From NCBI GenBank assembly GCA_032718475.1, contig JAUCBJ010007374.1, positions 1 to 64,000 on the forward strand: 64,000 nt of DNA, given 5' to 3'. Numbering within the stretch: the first letter of the stretch is position 1; every line of letters starts with the position of its first letter. Below are positions 11,501-21,769 of the stretch, one piece after another. The stretch is from Nemertoderma westbladi. Lineage: Eukaryota > Animalia > Xenacoelomorpha. Under the pieces are notes generated by a model. That model did no database searches and was not told the DNA's origin. It worked only from the letters and a program-made list of their open reading frames with translations. Position numbers and translations under genes: made by a program.

Positions 11501-14074
11501 TATGAGAAGGAATAGCAGCTTCGCTCCCTGACTAGTACACAAACTAAACTCACCTATAAGATCATGAGCCGTCACCAGAATATTAAGCAATGGCATTGAG
11601 TTGAAATCATTAAACCCTGCTGAAGCATCCAACGTATAGTTACTGTTGTGACTGAAACATAATTTTACTAAATAGTAAACTGTCAACCACATAGACGACG
11701 TATCAAATGTAAATGCCTTTGAGAAAGTTTCAAACGTTATCACCATAATATCTAATAATGACTTCAACAACTTTTGTGCCACCGGCATATAAACAGCGTC
11801 ACAACCTTCATCAGTGAAACATTGGCCAATAAGAATGTCACAAATTGATTCTATAGTGGAGGCTTTTGCTTTAATAACAACTGAATTGCCATCTGTAAGA
11901 GTCTGTTTGCATAAACTTCTGTAGTGAGGAATAATTTCATTAATTGCACAAGCAGCCAACTGTAAGCAATCGTATGTTTTGTTTAACTCTTTCAATGATT
12001 TCATAGCGATAATAAATTGTGACATTCGAAGATGCGATTCTGTAGAACGCTTTGCAGTTGGCTGAAGTGAGGGCATCAACATTTCGATAACTTTACTATA
12101 CTCGCCACTTTCATACAATTCTTGGACTTCATTTAGTGATATGTTATAAAGAATATTATCCCGTTTCACATTGACATGGTTAACTGAAATAATATTGTCA
12201 TTTTTAACATAAGGTAAGGAAATTACAGTCACTTTATTTTGAGAAACATCATCGCATTCAAGTATTCTTAGACATATATCTAGACTATCTATAGTATTGT
12301 TAGCGTTCCCAATAGCTTCGTAATGTTTCGCCTTCCACCAATAATAACGAATAACATATATCAACCAATGGGAATATTGCAATAACATCTTATCATGTAG
12401 TAATACTTCCATAGCTGTTATATCAGAAAAATGGTCAGGATTGTCGAGGTAAATATCGGAATTGGTGTCACTATGGTCACTACTTGATCGGTTACATTGC
12501 CAAATATCTAATTTAATTTCACTATAAATTAATGCAGCTTTACTTAACACAACAACCATTGACATAGGTGCTGATTGTGGTGTGACTTGTACATGAGGAC
12601 GCCAACTTTCATACACTTTCACAAACTCAATACCATTGGCATTACTAAAAGCAGATTCATCTACAAGCTTACATATCAATTCAATGATTTCACCCATAAT
12701 ATCAATTACACCACAATTCTTATACAGCTTTTCGATAACCTCCGATAATTGTTTATCAATAACCTCATTAGTAAATTTAACGGTAATGTTACCAGTAGGT
12801 TTGTCAGCGTTGTTAACTGATTCATTTAGATTGACGTCTTCCAGCTGAATTTCTGCATTAGCTACATTTCCTTTTAGGGGAGACGGTAAAAGACCCCAAA
12901 TGAGATCGTGATAATTATCGTCTACATCACTATCATCTTGAGAGCGAGGCGACAACACAGCCGTCGAATCATTGTTAGAAATCTTACATATGTTTCTTAT
13001 TGAACGTCGCATTATTCCATGACTATGGACTGATTGAACAGATGGAATAGTAGGATCGCTGGAAATGTTTTCCATGTTTTCAACGCAAACAATCGAACCT
13101 GAAGGAAGTTCAACACTCTTTATATTTGAAGGGAGATCAGTAGAGGAGATTGTTGTTGGAGGGCCAGTAGGAATAATAATCGGGGTACCGAAGGTATATA
13201 ATTGGACGCTAGATCTGGATCCACTTGTAGAAGCCGAACTTACTGTATGGTAGATTTCGGTCAGATTGCGCAGTAAAGCTTGTAGTGAATTTATATTCCT
13301 CTCTGGGGAATTTACCCACTTTAGTTGTAAACAAGGCCCATTAACTCTATCATCATCAGGACTATTATACCACTTTTTTTTTAGCAAATATAAGTTGCCA
13401 GTCACACTATCGTTACTAATTCGTTTAAGTATAGAAGCTGAATCCTCAAAAGGCAATGAAGAAGAATCATTAGCATTGGTTAAGTATGAATGTAAATCGT
13501 TTGCTAATGCATATCCAGGTTCCTTTGCTAAAGCACGTTTGATAAGTTGTAAACAGTCAGAATGCTGCCCCAGAATAAAAAGGACTTTAATTAGCTGGTC
13601 CAAACACAACCAATTCGCTGAGTTACAGTCCAACCCACGAGTGAATGCATCCCGGGCAATAAAAAGATCGCAGTTGGCCATTGCTGCCATGCCAGCCTTA
13701 TACCACATAATCACATCTTTTGGGTCAATATCCAGAGCTCGGAAGTAATATGATACACTGTCTTTCCAATCTTTATCCAGGTAGGCTATTTGTGCCAAAT
13801 GCTTAAGTGTACAGTACATCATTTTCTTTCTGGGATCTTTTATGCTAGTATCGTCATCATCACTCTTGATAGCTTGTTGTAAAAATCTTCCTTTCAATAT
13901 TTGGAGAAATATAAGTTTAGCTTGTACAAGATTTTCCTCTGAAAAGTATTTCAAAGCCGAATTATACATGGAAAGTGCTTCGGATTCCAGTAATTCTGCA
14001 TCGCACTTTGGAGATTCGCTAAATTCTATTTCAGCTGTGTTATTTATACATTTTAACGCTTTAAACCCCTTCAT
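8600..14074 (-). CDS. CABIN1: Calcineurin-binding protein cabin-1 (HIRA histone-chaperone complex subunit, Hir3 orthologue), intronless
   Basis: 1,824-aa ORF from MKGFKAL. N-terminal E-x-EALSMYNSAL and TPR repeats (DVIMWYKAG...NWLCLDQLI), EQCFYCLFGHP.KKAR..YLDDH, DIYYHLADYY, RFDSWAG, RFPNHYKALFRLA and GVWRIPIDDIDRPGSF match remembered CABIN1 motifs. Confidence 0.92.
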   Translation of the reverse strand: MKGFKALKCINNTAEIEFSESPKCDAELLESEALSMYNSALKYFSEENLVQAKLIFLQILKGRFLQQAIKSDDDDTSIKDPRKKMMYCTLKHLAQIAYLDKDWKDSVSYYFRALDIDPKDVIMWYKAGMAAMANCDLFIARDAFTRGLDCNSANWLCLDQLIKVLFILGQHSDCLQLIKRALAKEPGYALANDLHSYLTNANDSSSLPFEDSASILKRISNDSVTGNLYLLKKKWYNSPDDDRVNGPCLQLKWVNSPERNINSLQALLRNLTEIYHTVSSASTSGSRSSVQLYTFGTPIIIPTGPPTTISSTDLPSNIKSVELPSGSIVCVENMENISSDPTIPSVQSVHSHGIMRRSIRNICKISNNDSTAVLSPRSQDDSDVDDNYHDLIWGLLPSPLKGNVANAEIQLEDVNLNESVNNADKPTGNITVKFTNEVIDKQLSEVIEKLYKNCGVIDIMGEIIELICKLVDESAFSNANGIEFVKVYESWRPHVQVTPQSAPMSMVVVLSKAALIYSEIKLDIWQCNRSSSDHSDTNSDIYLDNPDHFSDITAMEVLLHDKMLLQYSHWLIYVIRYYWWKAKHYEAIGNANNTIDSLDICLRILECDDVSQNKVTVISLPYVKNDNIISVNHVNVKRDNILYNISLNEVQELYESGEYSKVIEMLMPSLQPTAKRSTESHLRMSQFIIAMKSLKELNKTYDCLQLAACAINEIIPHYRSLCKQTLTDGNSVVIKAKASTIESICDILIGQCFTDEGCDAVYMPVAQKLLKSLLDIMVITFETFSKAFTFDTSSMWLTVYYLVKLCFSHNSNYTLDASAGFNDFNSMPLLNILVTAHDLIGEFSLCTSQGAKLLFLLIDEASKMVSRVDRQSSLFQAVEQCFYCLFGHPIKKARVKYLDDHGSQQVPLTLANVAILYGFYKPDSPPEFDSYKSAAITEEVEKLFLRIIKFIPNQDEDVVVKYINGEIENPEPQIKDDVMESLADIYYHLADYYLKSQDTTQAEQYYIKDLIFNPRRFDSWAGLSLSRATKLEQLLNSPCDLTHSDLYSSANQVLRCFRMALSLDSDCHKLWIEYGSLSYTIATFYSQKRKYYVKIGGSSSDVSQIEKIRLEMLLISKSSLSHVMSLEDLDGTDRWLVLYMLGKLAEKFNDPLEKCFEYYLKAMTQLEKSGARCPRKISYNQPSYLSVEILEVFYRINASILKHCLSSDKIKDSTVSYFIEVLDHLDNSFFSTAIKSESGSISPSLKQKFPMFSTDIDYSLCAGTGASSTSTSIREQDYTSNNAISRGVTTSLFEPVGTNISQRANAVNDFLSVIYDTVDGVTKRIPTARRSFKREVSDSDADISFAPKRKRTCLELFPAMISNYGSFHGNKSNAVTEIKNRCIEAMKVCLHRFPNHYKALFRLAHAYYSVGDKKYIACSKDLLWGVRGSWHKYPHMPCPGLLQDRKKQHLFDGVWRIPIDDIDRPGSFTNHLAQCLDLLILVIYELLDYQTLHMVSEQLVKSPVQASKKFLRDAERISQARKCCDMSWDILLKIIFASNNLHEKCQLAADCYKLYQFTFKLDKLASDVFSKARSTLVTSYVHLFQPIPSALHIKCPDKFMVQKSVRGCQYLITQMRKNDFNVESAIRTAPQIYCPSPENKYKDVAEDVQHQYNKATSRISDVHSDICNEIPEVAVIFHSKSTPSTQPPFNISDADDSEIRRSISPSTILVSNPSTTTTDLLKTPVTCSSPVLVSLSSTSSSTEDNSSTSDGSSSTDIETGDIEDSSSTSSSQSASLEDFTMSSDTSDSSVYEVPKPTKHYPSQDPRQEVSFQSQNTQTFQDNVK

Positions 14075-14168
14075 TATATCGCAAAGCCAAGATATCCAAC
14101 AATATAATAGAAAAGGCAATAACTGGTTATTGATTACGGTACATAAAACATACATAAATTTAAGAACT

Positions 14169-14438
14169 TTAGACGCTGCCTTTAGATGATGAAACGTTTA
14201 CTCCAGCATACCATGGGAGATTTTTTCCTTTTTGACCAACAGATCGCACCCTTCCTTGTTCCACGAACAATGTTCTGCACTTAGCAAAAGGATCATAAGC
14301 CCAAACATTGAGTTTATCACCAAGGCGTGGTCTTACTTTTGTGAAGGAATAACCTGTACCAAGTGCACTTTTCAGCTTCACTAGGTAGTAAGGCCGAGTA
14401 GACTTTGATTTAGCTAGCAAAACTGCAGATCGAAACAT
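14169..14438 (-). CDS. MRPL33: Mitochondrial large-subunit ribosomal protein bL33m, intronless, with a ~20-aa C-terminal extension
   Basis: MFRSAVLLAKSKS...LVKLKSALGTGYSF...KL....YDP.......FVE matches metazoan MRPL33 (MFLSAVFFAKSKS...GTG...YDP...LFVE). Confidence 0.9.
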   Translation of the reverse strand: MFRSAVLLAKSKSTRPYYLVKLKSALGTGYSFTKVRPRLGDKLNVWAYDPFAKCRTLFVEQGRVRSVGQKGKNLPWYAGVNVSSSKGSV

Positions 14439-14485
14439 GTCTAATTAGATAATAATTCAATTATGCGCATAAACAAATTACAGAT

Positions 14486-16953
14486 TAGGGTGGTCCTTAT
14501 TTCAATGTAAAATTTAAAAGTTGTGGAAATTCTCCTCTGACCCCCCCAAGTTCTTTCTTCTGATAAAAAAACACCTTGAGTAAAATTTGAGCAGAAATGA
14601 TATATATTTAGAGGTAGCTCAAACACCCTGAAGTTGAGCGTTTGGACACCATTTGATCGCGCGCGCAGAATATAATGGAGTTTGCTGATATGAAGGCTTC
14701 TATTTGTTGTACAGAGTTAATTTTAGGCTTATTTGAACCTCAATCATCGATTTAGTGGGTGTAGATACCTTCAAAACAAGTGCTAAGCTAGTAGTTCTTG
14801 AGATATCACACAAAAGCTTAAGCCCGGCACAACTCATCAATCGATCTTTCAATTGATTGCGCCTAGGACATATTGAAATATTGGTATTGACAGTTTGTAG
14901 GTCTACCTCCCTGCATCTTATTTCAGTTGATCTCGATTTTAGCATTGTCTAACCATTCAAAGCTATGTTTAGTAAAACAAAATTCATCACAACCCCATGG
15001 GAAATGCTTGCACAAGCATCACTAATTTGTGTCTAAGCGCCATTTGGTACGATATCAATAATTGGCCACAAAACTTAACTTTTGGTTAATTATATCTTGG
15101 AACTGTTCGTTTAATTTGATTTTGACTGATTTTAAGATGCAGAATCCAAAAATCATATCTGATTTGAATTTTAAAATGATATAGTGCATGATATTCAACA
15201 ATACCACACTGTACATCAAAGCATATTAAAAGGATTGATAGAAACAGATATGTGCATCCAGCGACCATTAGAGTACTATATGGGAAGAAGCTTTGAACAT
15301 ATGCATTATACATAATTAGACAATGCTGATTCCAAATCTGATTTCAGATTTGCCCTACCCCATCAAGTTTTCTCACAATTGCCAATTTATATTCAAAACA
15401 ACTGTACAACTGTAAGGAGAGAGAAGTCGATTCAAAAGGGTTAAAAAATGCTCAAAATCAATCTACAACATTGAATGGAGCTTTGTTCATATGAATTATA
15501 TATAATTAAACAATGGTGATTCCAAATCTGCTTTCAGATTTGCCATGCTGCCATAGCATATCAAGTTTTTTCACAATTGCCAATTTGAGTTCAAATTACT
15601 TATCGCGAACAACTGTGATGAGTGAAGTAGATTCAATAATAATCAAATATGCTCCAAATCAATATAAAACATGAAAAAGAGCTTTGTTAATTTGAGTTAT
15701 ATATTAAACAATGCAATCTATATGGTGAATCTGCTATCAGATTTACCATAGCATATGTTGTAGATTGATTTGGGGGTGTATTTTATTCTTATTGAATCTA
15801 CTTTCACTCATAGTAATTGTTTGCGATAAGTAATTTGAACTTAAATTGGCAATTGTAAAAAAAACTTGATATCCTGTGGCAGTATGGCAAATATGAAAGC
15901 AGATTTGGAATCAGCATTGTTTAAAAATATATAATTCATATAAACAATGCTCCATTCAATGTTTTGGATTGATTTTGAGCATATTTGATTCTCATTTGAA
16001 TCTACGCCACTCATCACAGTCGTTTGGAATAAGTTTTTGAACTCAAAGGGGCAATTGTGAAAAAACTTGATGTGGTAGGGCAAATCTGAATTCAGATTTG
16101 GAATCAGCATTGCCTAATTATGTATAGTACATATGTGCATAGCTTCTTCCCATATATTAGTTCTCTTTTGGTCGCTGGATGCACATATCTCTGCATCTAT
16201 CAATCATTATCTTAAAATGCTTTGAAGTACAGTATAGTATTGTTGTGTATATCAGGCACCATATGCCATATCATTTTAAAATACAAATCAGATGAGATTT
16301 TTGGATTCTGCACTTAACATCAGTCATAATCAAATTAAACGAATAGTTCCTAGATATAATTAACCAAAAGTTAAGTTTTGTGGCCAATTATTGATATCGT
16401 ACCAAATGGCGCTTAGCAGATGTGATTAGTGATGCTTGTGCAAGCATTTCCCATGGGGTTGTGATGAATTTTTTTTACTAAACATAGCTTTGAATGGTTA
16501 GACAATGCTAAAATCGAGATTAACTGAAATAAGATGCAGGGAGGTATACCTACAAAATGTTAATGCCAATATTTCAATATGTCCTAGGCGCAATCAATTG
16601 AAAGATCGATTGATGAGTTGTGCCGGGCTTAAGCTTTTGTGTGATATCTCAAGAACTACTAGCTTAGCACTTGTTTTGAAGGTATCTACACCCACTAAAT
16701 CGATGATTGAGGTTCAAATAAGCCTAAAATTAACTCTGTACGACCAACAGAAGCCTTCATATCAGCAAACTCTATTATATTCTTCGCGCGCGATCAATCG
16801 GTGACCAGACACTCAACTTCAGTGTGTTTGAGCTACCTCTAATATTTGATGTACATGCTTAAAATTTCGCATGTCGTATTTTTTGACGAAATGGAAACAT
16901 TTGAGGGGGTCAGAGATGATAAATTCCAACCTTTCAAAATAAGGACCACCCTA
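14486..16953. mobile_element. Foldback (near fully palindromic) non-autonomous hAT-like transposon
   Basis: TIR TAGGGTGGTCCTTATTT; perfect 8-bp TSD TTACAGAT (14478-14485, 16954-16961); ~1.2-kb arms are reverse complements around a centre at ~15680-15755. Confidence 0.9.
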
Positions 16954-17584
16954 TTACAGATGCCTATATGACATAACATGGCTTTGTTGTATGTTTTATA
17001 TTCTTTAGACTTAGGACTACCGGTATACGAGTAATGTAATGGGCAAATGGGTGGGGGAGGGGGTGCGGGGGTTGGGGTTGTCTATTGACGCAAGCAAATC
17101 CTATCAGCCTATCTCAGCGAATTCATTCATATACTGTATACACAGGTATACATCATACATCTGCACATACACATGTCTAGTTTGACAGTTTGAGCTGGTT
17201 ATTTTAGGACCTTTAAATTAAATTTATACCGGTATTTTAAAAATGGGCCAGTGCCACAGAGCTATAAATTCAATATTCAGTGGCACAGTGACACAATGCC
17301 GTCTAAAAGCACATATATAATGTAAGTGTTACAGTATAAGTATATTTACTATTGCGCCATTCTGCCATTGAGTTCAGTAATACAGTAATAACTGAATAAG
17401 TGTCACAAAAAGACAAAAACAGCCAGCACCATGTTTTTAAGTCAGACAGTTAAATACCGGTTCTGATACTGCAGTACTGTAATAATAAGTTAATAATTCG
17501 TACCTAATTACTTAAAACTTTGCGCTCAAAATTAGTGAATACAAATTGTGAATTTCTGAGTCTCTTCAGACAGTCAGATGCGGA

Positions 17585-17826
17585 GGTTATCGTTCATATG
17601 CGTACCTCTGGCAAAAGAAGCAGGTTACAGTGGTGGTGTTTTCTAACCAAAACAATAAACTAATCTCCATTACTTAATTAACGGAAAGGAGCAGGTTACA
17701 GTGGTGGGCTTTTCTAACCAAAACAATAAACAATATCTCAATAACATAGGGTATTTCATACTTATAGTCTTATTTTTGCAATACGAAAATACCAGACAGC
17801 CAGAGGTACGCATATGAACTATAACT
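17585..17826. mobile_element. MITE with ~28-bp TIR
   Basis: GGTTATCGTTCATATGCGTACCTCTGGC...GCCAGAGGTACGCATATGAACTATAACT; 8-bp TSD GATGCGGA on both sides. Confidence 0.85.
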
Positions 17827-17849
17827 GATGCGGATACATCAGTACATGA

Positions 17850-19193
17850 CCGAACGTAATCAGGATCGAATGTCGAATGTAACATACTGACGTAGTTATT
17901 ATGTGTCGAACGTTATATACCGCAATTATGTTACATTGGACTGTTGGATCCTATAACTATGTTACATTCGATCTACAAATTACTAAGCCGGAATGACAAG
18001 ATTATGCAGGTTACTTTTATTTAAAGGCTGACAGGCTGAAAGGAGCAGGTTACAGAGGCGAGTTGGGGGAACCAAAGCAATAAACGAAAGTTAACACATG
18101 TTACAAGATTATTCAGGTTACTTAATTCAGTAATTGGGTAGGCCTATTGGGTTTTGTTTTGTACTCATCAAACTCAGAAACTGTTTCTTCCTGTAAGTAA
18201 ATAAACGAAGCATTTCATCCGGTTACTGGGTTAACTCCTGAAATCAAAACACAACTGAAATAAATGTAGGCCTATCAGCCTATGTTGCTATGTATATGTT
18301 ACATTCGGTAGTTCGGGCTTAGTAATTTGTAGATCGAATGTAACATAGGCCTAGTTAGTTATATCTGTATAGGATCGAATGTAACATAATTGACAGATTG
18401 AGCTGTTGAGGTTACATTCAGACGTTCGATTCGTAAAAACTATGTTCAGATGTTACATTCGATCCTGTATGGAATCCATCCAAAAAGTGCGCCGGATGCC
18501 GGATAGCGCGCCGACCAATTTTTATGCGCGCGGCGGGCCGATGCCATTTCGAAGAAAAACCCTGCGCCAACTAAATTTTTAAGCACGCTGATGCAATTTC
18601 GAAAAAACCCCGCGCCAACTAAATTTTTAAGCGCACCACACATTGAAACAATTTTGAAGAGCGCCATGCCAATGCAAATTCAATTTTGAGGGAGTGTAAC
18701 CAATCTGTCAATGTCAGTCAGTCAGTACTGCTGTACCAGTCCCTGCTGCCCTACACAACAGCAGAACAGTTGCCTAACCAGTCTGCCAGTGGTTAGGCAA
18801 ATGTTGTATACTTTCTTTTTCTGTTGTATGGTTCAGTGGTTAGTAACCACTGAACCATACAACAGAAAAAGAAAGGCGAGCGAAGCGAGCCGAAATTTTT
18901 AAACAGCTAATGCAATTTTTAAGGCACTTCCATAGCCTAACTGCCTAATTGTTAAACCTGTAAACTAACAAATCGGCGCCGGTTTTTATTTTTGGGAGCG
19001 CCATGGGCTGATGGGCCAAAGCCGGCGCGCTTTACGATTTTCGAGGGCGCCACGCGCCAAAGTCGGCGCGCTTTACGATTTTCGAGCGCGCCACGCGCCA
19101 CATTGGCGCGCTTTTATTGCAAAGTGCGCCGGATTAATCCGGCGCAAAGTGTCTATGGATTCCAGTCTGGCATTCGATCCTGATTACGTTCGG
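17850..19193. mobile_element. Non-autonomous DNA transposon with 23-bp TIR and internal GTTACATTCGA repeats
   Basis: CCGAACGTAATCAGGATCGAATG...CATTCGATCCTGATTACGTTCGG; TSD not resolved. Confidence 0.75.
18470..19164. mobile_element. Nested MITE with GCGCGCC-rich subterminal repeats
   Basis: TGGAATCCAT...ATGGATTCCA ends, with TGCGCCGGA/TCCGGCGCA inverted subterminal motifs. Confidence 0.55.
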
Positions 19194-20029
19194 CTGTTAG
19201 GTCTGTCACCCGCTGACCCGTGAGATGCAAGCAAGTAAGCCTAATCTTTAGATCTCATAGTCCCAGGCAGCCAGGGATGCACATAATTCAGTAGGGCCTA
19301 ATTCCTGAATTCAGTAGGCTAATTAGATCTGTAGATACTAGCTGACTAGACTGCTAGATAGGCATATTTATTGGTCAGTTGGTGGTTAGGCTGTTAGGCC
19401 TATTTCGCCTCGTTCACACCCAAAATTAGGTATCGGCAGACCGGTAAACAATAATTTTGTGAGGTTTGAGAGCAAAAACTACCGCCAGTCGCCAGTCAGC
19501 CCGGCTGCCCGGCAGTAAAATGTCTGACTGTCTGAAAAGAGTTCACTGACAGACTGACAGACACTGACTGAAGTTGTCTCAAAAAAATCTATTAGGCCTA
19601 CAGTATTCAGGTCAGGTATTACTGTATTAGGACCCTATCTGCCTATTCAGCTATTACTGTCACTGTCAGACTGTATAACAGTATTACAGTATTACCCAGT
19701 TACAGAGTTACCGGTAGGGCTAGTCCAGTAGTCGGAATAATGTACCGGTACTGTTAGACCAGCAGACTGTATTCATAATTACTGAATTAATATAAGCAAT
19801 AATTTTTCTTGTCCGTTTAAATCACTCATGATGTCCTTTTTTTTTTACTTTTTATGTCCTCCAGAAATCTACCGTTAGGTTCCATGCTACCGGTTTCTCT
19901 ACTGCTGTTATCTTACAGTCTTAGGCTATCCAGCTATCAGTACTGCAGTACCGTAGTATAGGCCTATAGCTGTATAGAGCACTATTTTGCAGTATTGCTG
20001 TCAGGCTACAGGCTATTGTATGTAGGTAT

Positions 20030-21706
20030 AAAGCGGGTGTTTGAAAAAGGTGGACTGGACACAGAAAACATGGACAACGGACAGACCAATCACGGGCGAT
20101 TTGCGTCACACAGCTTGTCCACCTTTTTCAGCTTTGTTGTCCACCTTTTTCAAATTTGAATAAGGTGGACTGGGTTGAGAAAGAACAGGCAAATGAATTG
20201 ACCAATCAGATTGATTTGCACATTAGAGCAGCTCTGTCCACGTTTTTAAAAAAATTTCAGAAGGTTTTTATGTATTCTGGGATTATTATTGTGGGGCGAG
20301 ACACGTAGTCGGCGAGCCTTGGCATACGGTTCATATAGGGTAAATGGGGCATGTCCGTCTGTCTGTCTGTCCGTCTGTCTGGTAAATGTTTGAACGCGAA
20401 TTTCTCGGCATCGCTGGTTCGGAATTGAACCAAACTTAGTAGGCAAGTAGTAGAGAGAAAGTTTAGAAAGTTTGTAAAGTTTGGTGAAAAATCATGCAGT
20501 CTGACGTCAGCTACGACAGATTTTGTGGTTTTTAGAAAATGTTAAATTTCTCGGGAAGGCCTCATTTTCCTGAGCTTAAATTTTGGTGGCCTGTAGAGAA
20601 TCATGAAGTCTATCTTTTACGAAATTGAAAAGTTAAGACATTTAATTGGGGATCCGCTAGAGACTCAGAAGTAATGACATAGGCCTACCGGTACGGTACT
20701 GCTGTACAGTGCTGCACTGGTAAGTACAAAATTGCAGAATAACAATTTGACACCACCTAGCGGATTAACATATGATTGTATATCGAATGAATACATTTAT
20801 AGCATGGGATATGGGGTTCAAACTAGACATGCCCCATTTGCTCTATATGAACCGTATGCCAAGGCTTGCTTGCCGACTACGTGCTGCGCGAAGTCCCCAC
20901 GAACGTGTTATTATTATCCCATACTTACTGTGACCAACCGAAGTTGTCGAAATAGGCCTAGTTCAATAATATGGGGCGAGCCACGAAGTCTGAGAGCTGA
21001 GCTTTACAGCCTTAGCATCAATATTGGAACGTCAATATTCTAACTCATTCATTACAGTATAAAGTTAATTATAATAATAACTACCTATTGTACTGTGAAG
21101 GAAATATAATATGCTTAATTTACCATTCATCCCGAGATCTGTTATTAAACGACCGAGCGCACCGAGGGAGGTAAATAAGTCCCCATATTTTGGGAGTGGA
21201 GGTCCGAAACCCTAATTCAAAGTGGAAATGGAGGCCCAAAGCCTTAATTATAAAACAGTAATGTAACCCCAACCTTAAATATTTTGGATCCTAAATTCCA
21301 CAAAATTTCTTAGATTAGAGCATCGAGACTTTAGGGCTACTAATGACAGTTTTAATTAGGGTTTGGACCTGACCAACTAAACCAAACACAAAAATAAACC
21401 AATAAATCCAAGTTAAAGTGCTGTACGGTACGCTAGACATACTATTAATATACTGTAAGTCTATAGGAGGGCAATCCGCAGGGGGGGGGGGGGGGGGGGG
21501 GGTAGATACGCCTAGGACACCGGCAGCATTCTTAATGCAACTGCTTCCAGCATGCCCATTATAGATAGATAATTGAAACCTGAAAAAGGTGTGGACAGTC
21601 CAATCACTAATAAATAGCATTGCTTTAATACGTTTCTGATTGGTCAGACTATTATCTATGTTTTTTGTGCATGTGTCCAGTCCACCTTTTTCAAACACAC
21701 ATCTTA
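20030..21706. mobile_element. Non-autonomous TIR element containing nested insertions
   Basis: GTGTTTGAAAAAGGTGGACTGGACAC (20037) / GTGTCCAGTCCACCTTTTTCAAACAC (ends 21698); AAAAAGGTGGAC subterminal repeats. Confidence 0.7.
20283..20917. mobile_element. Helentron/DINE-1-like non-autonomous element
   Basis: TTATT flanks, ~65-bp subterminal inverted repeat (20291-20355 vs 20826-20900), and a GTCY microsatellite right after the left arm. Confidence 0.6.
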
Positions 21707-21769
21707 TTCCCAATTATGTAGCTAAGAAAGCGGAAACTTGAAAAAGGTGGACAGACCAATTGTGCTAGA

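Noticed and set aside
14075-14155. 27-aa N-terminal extension of CABIN1 given in the ORF track
   Set aside because: CABIN1 similarity starts at MKGFKAL (14074); the upstream ATG is only 13 bp from the MRPL33 stop.
14700-16804. Pair of near-identical divergent ORFs (MLKSR...)
   Set aside because: Mirror images from the foldback arms; no recognisable domain.
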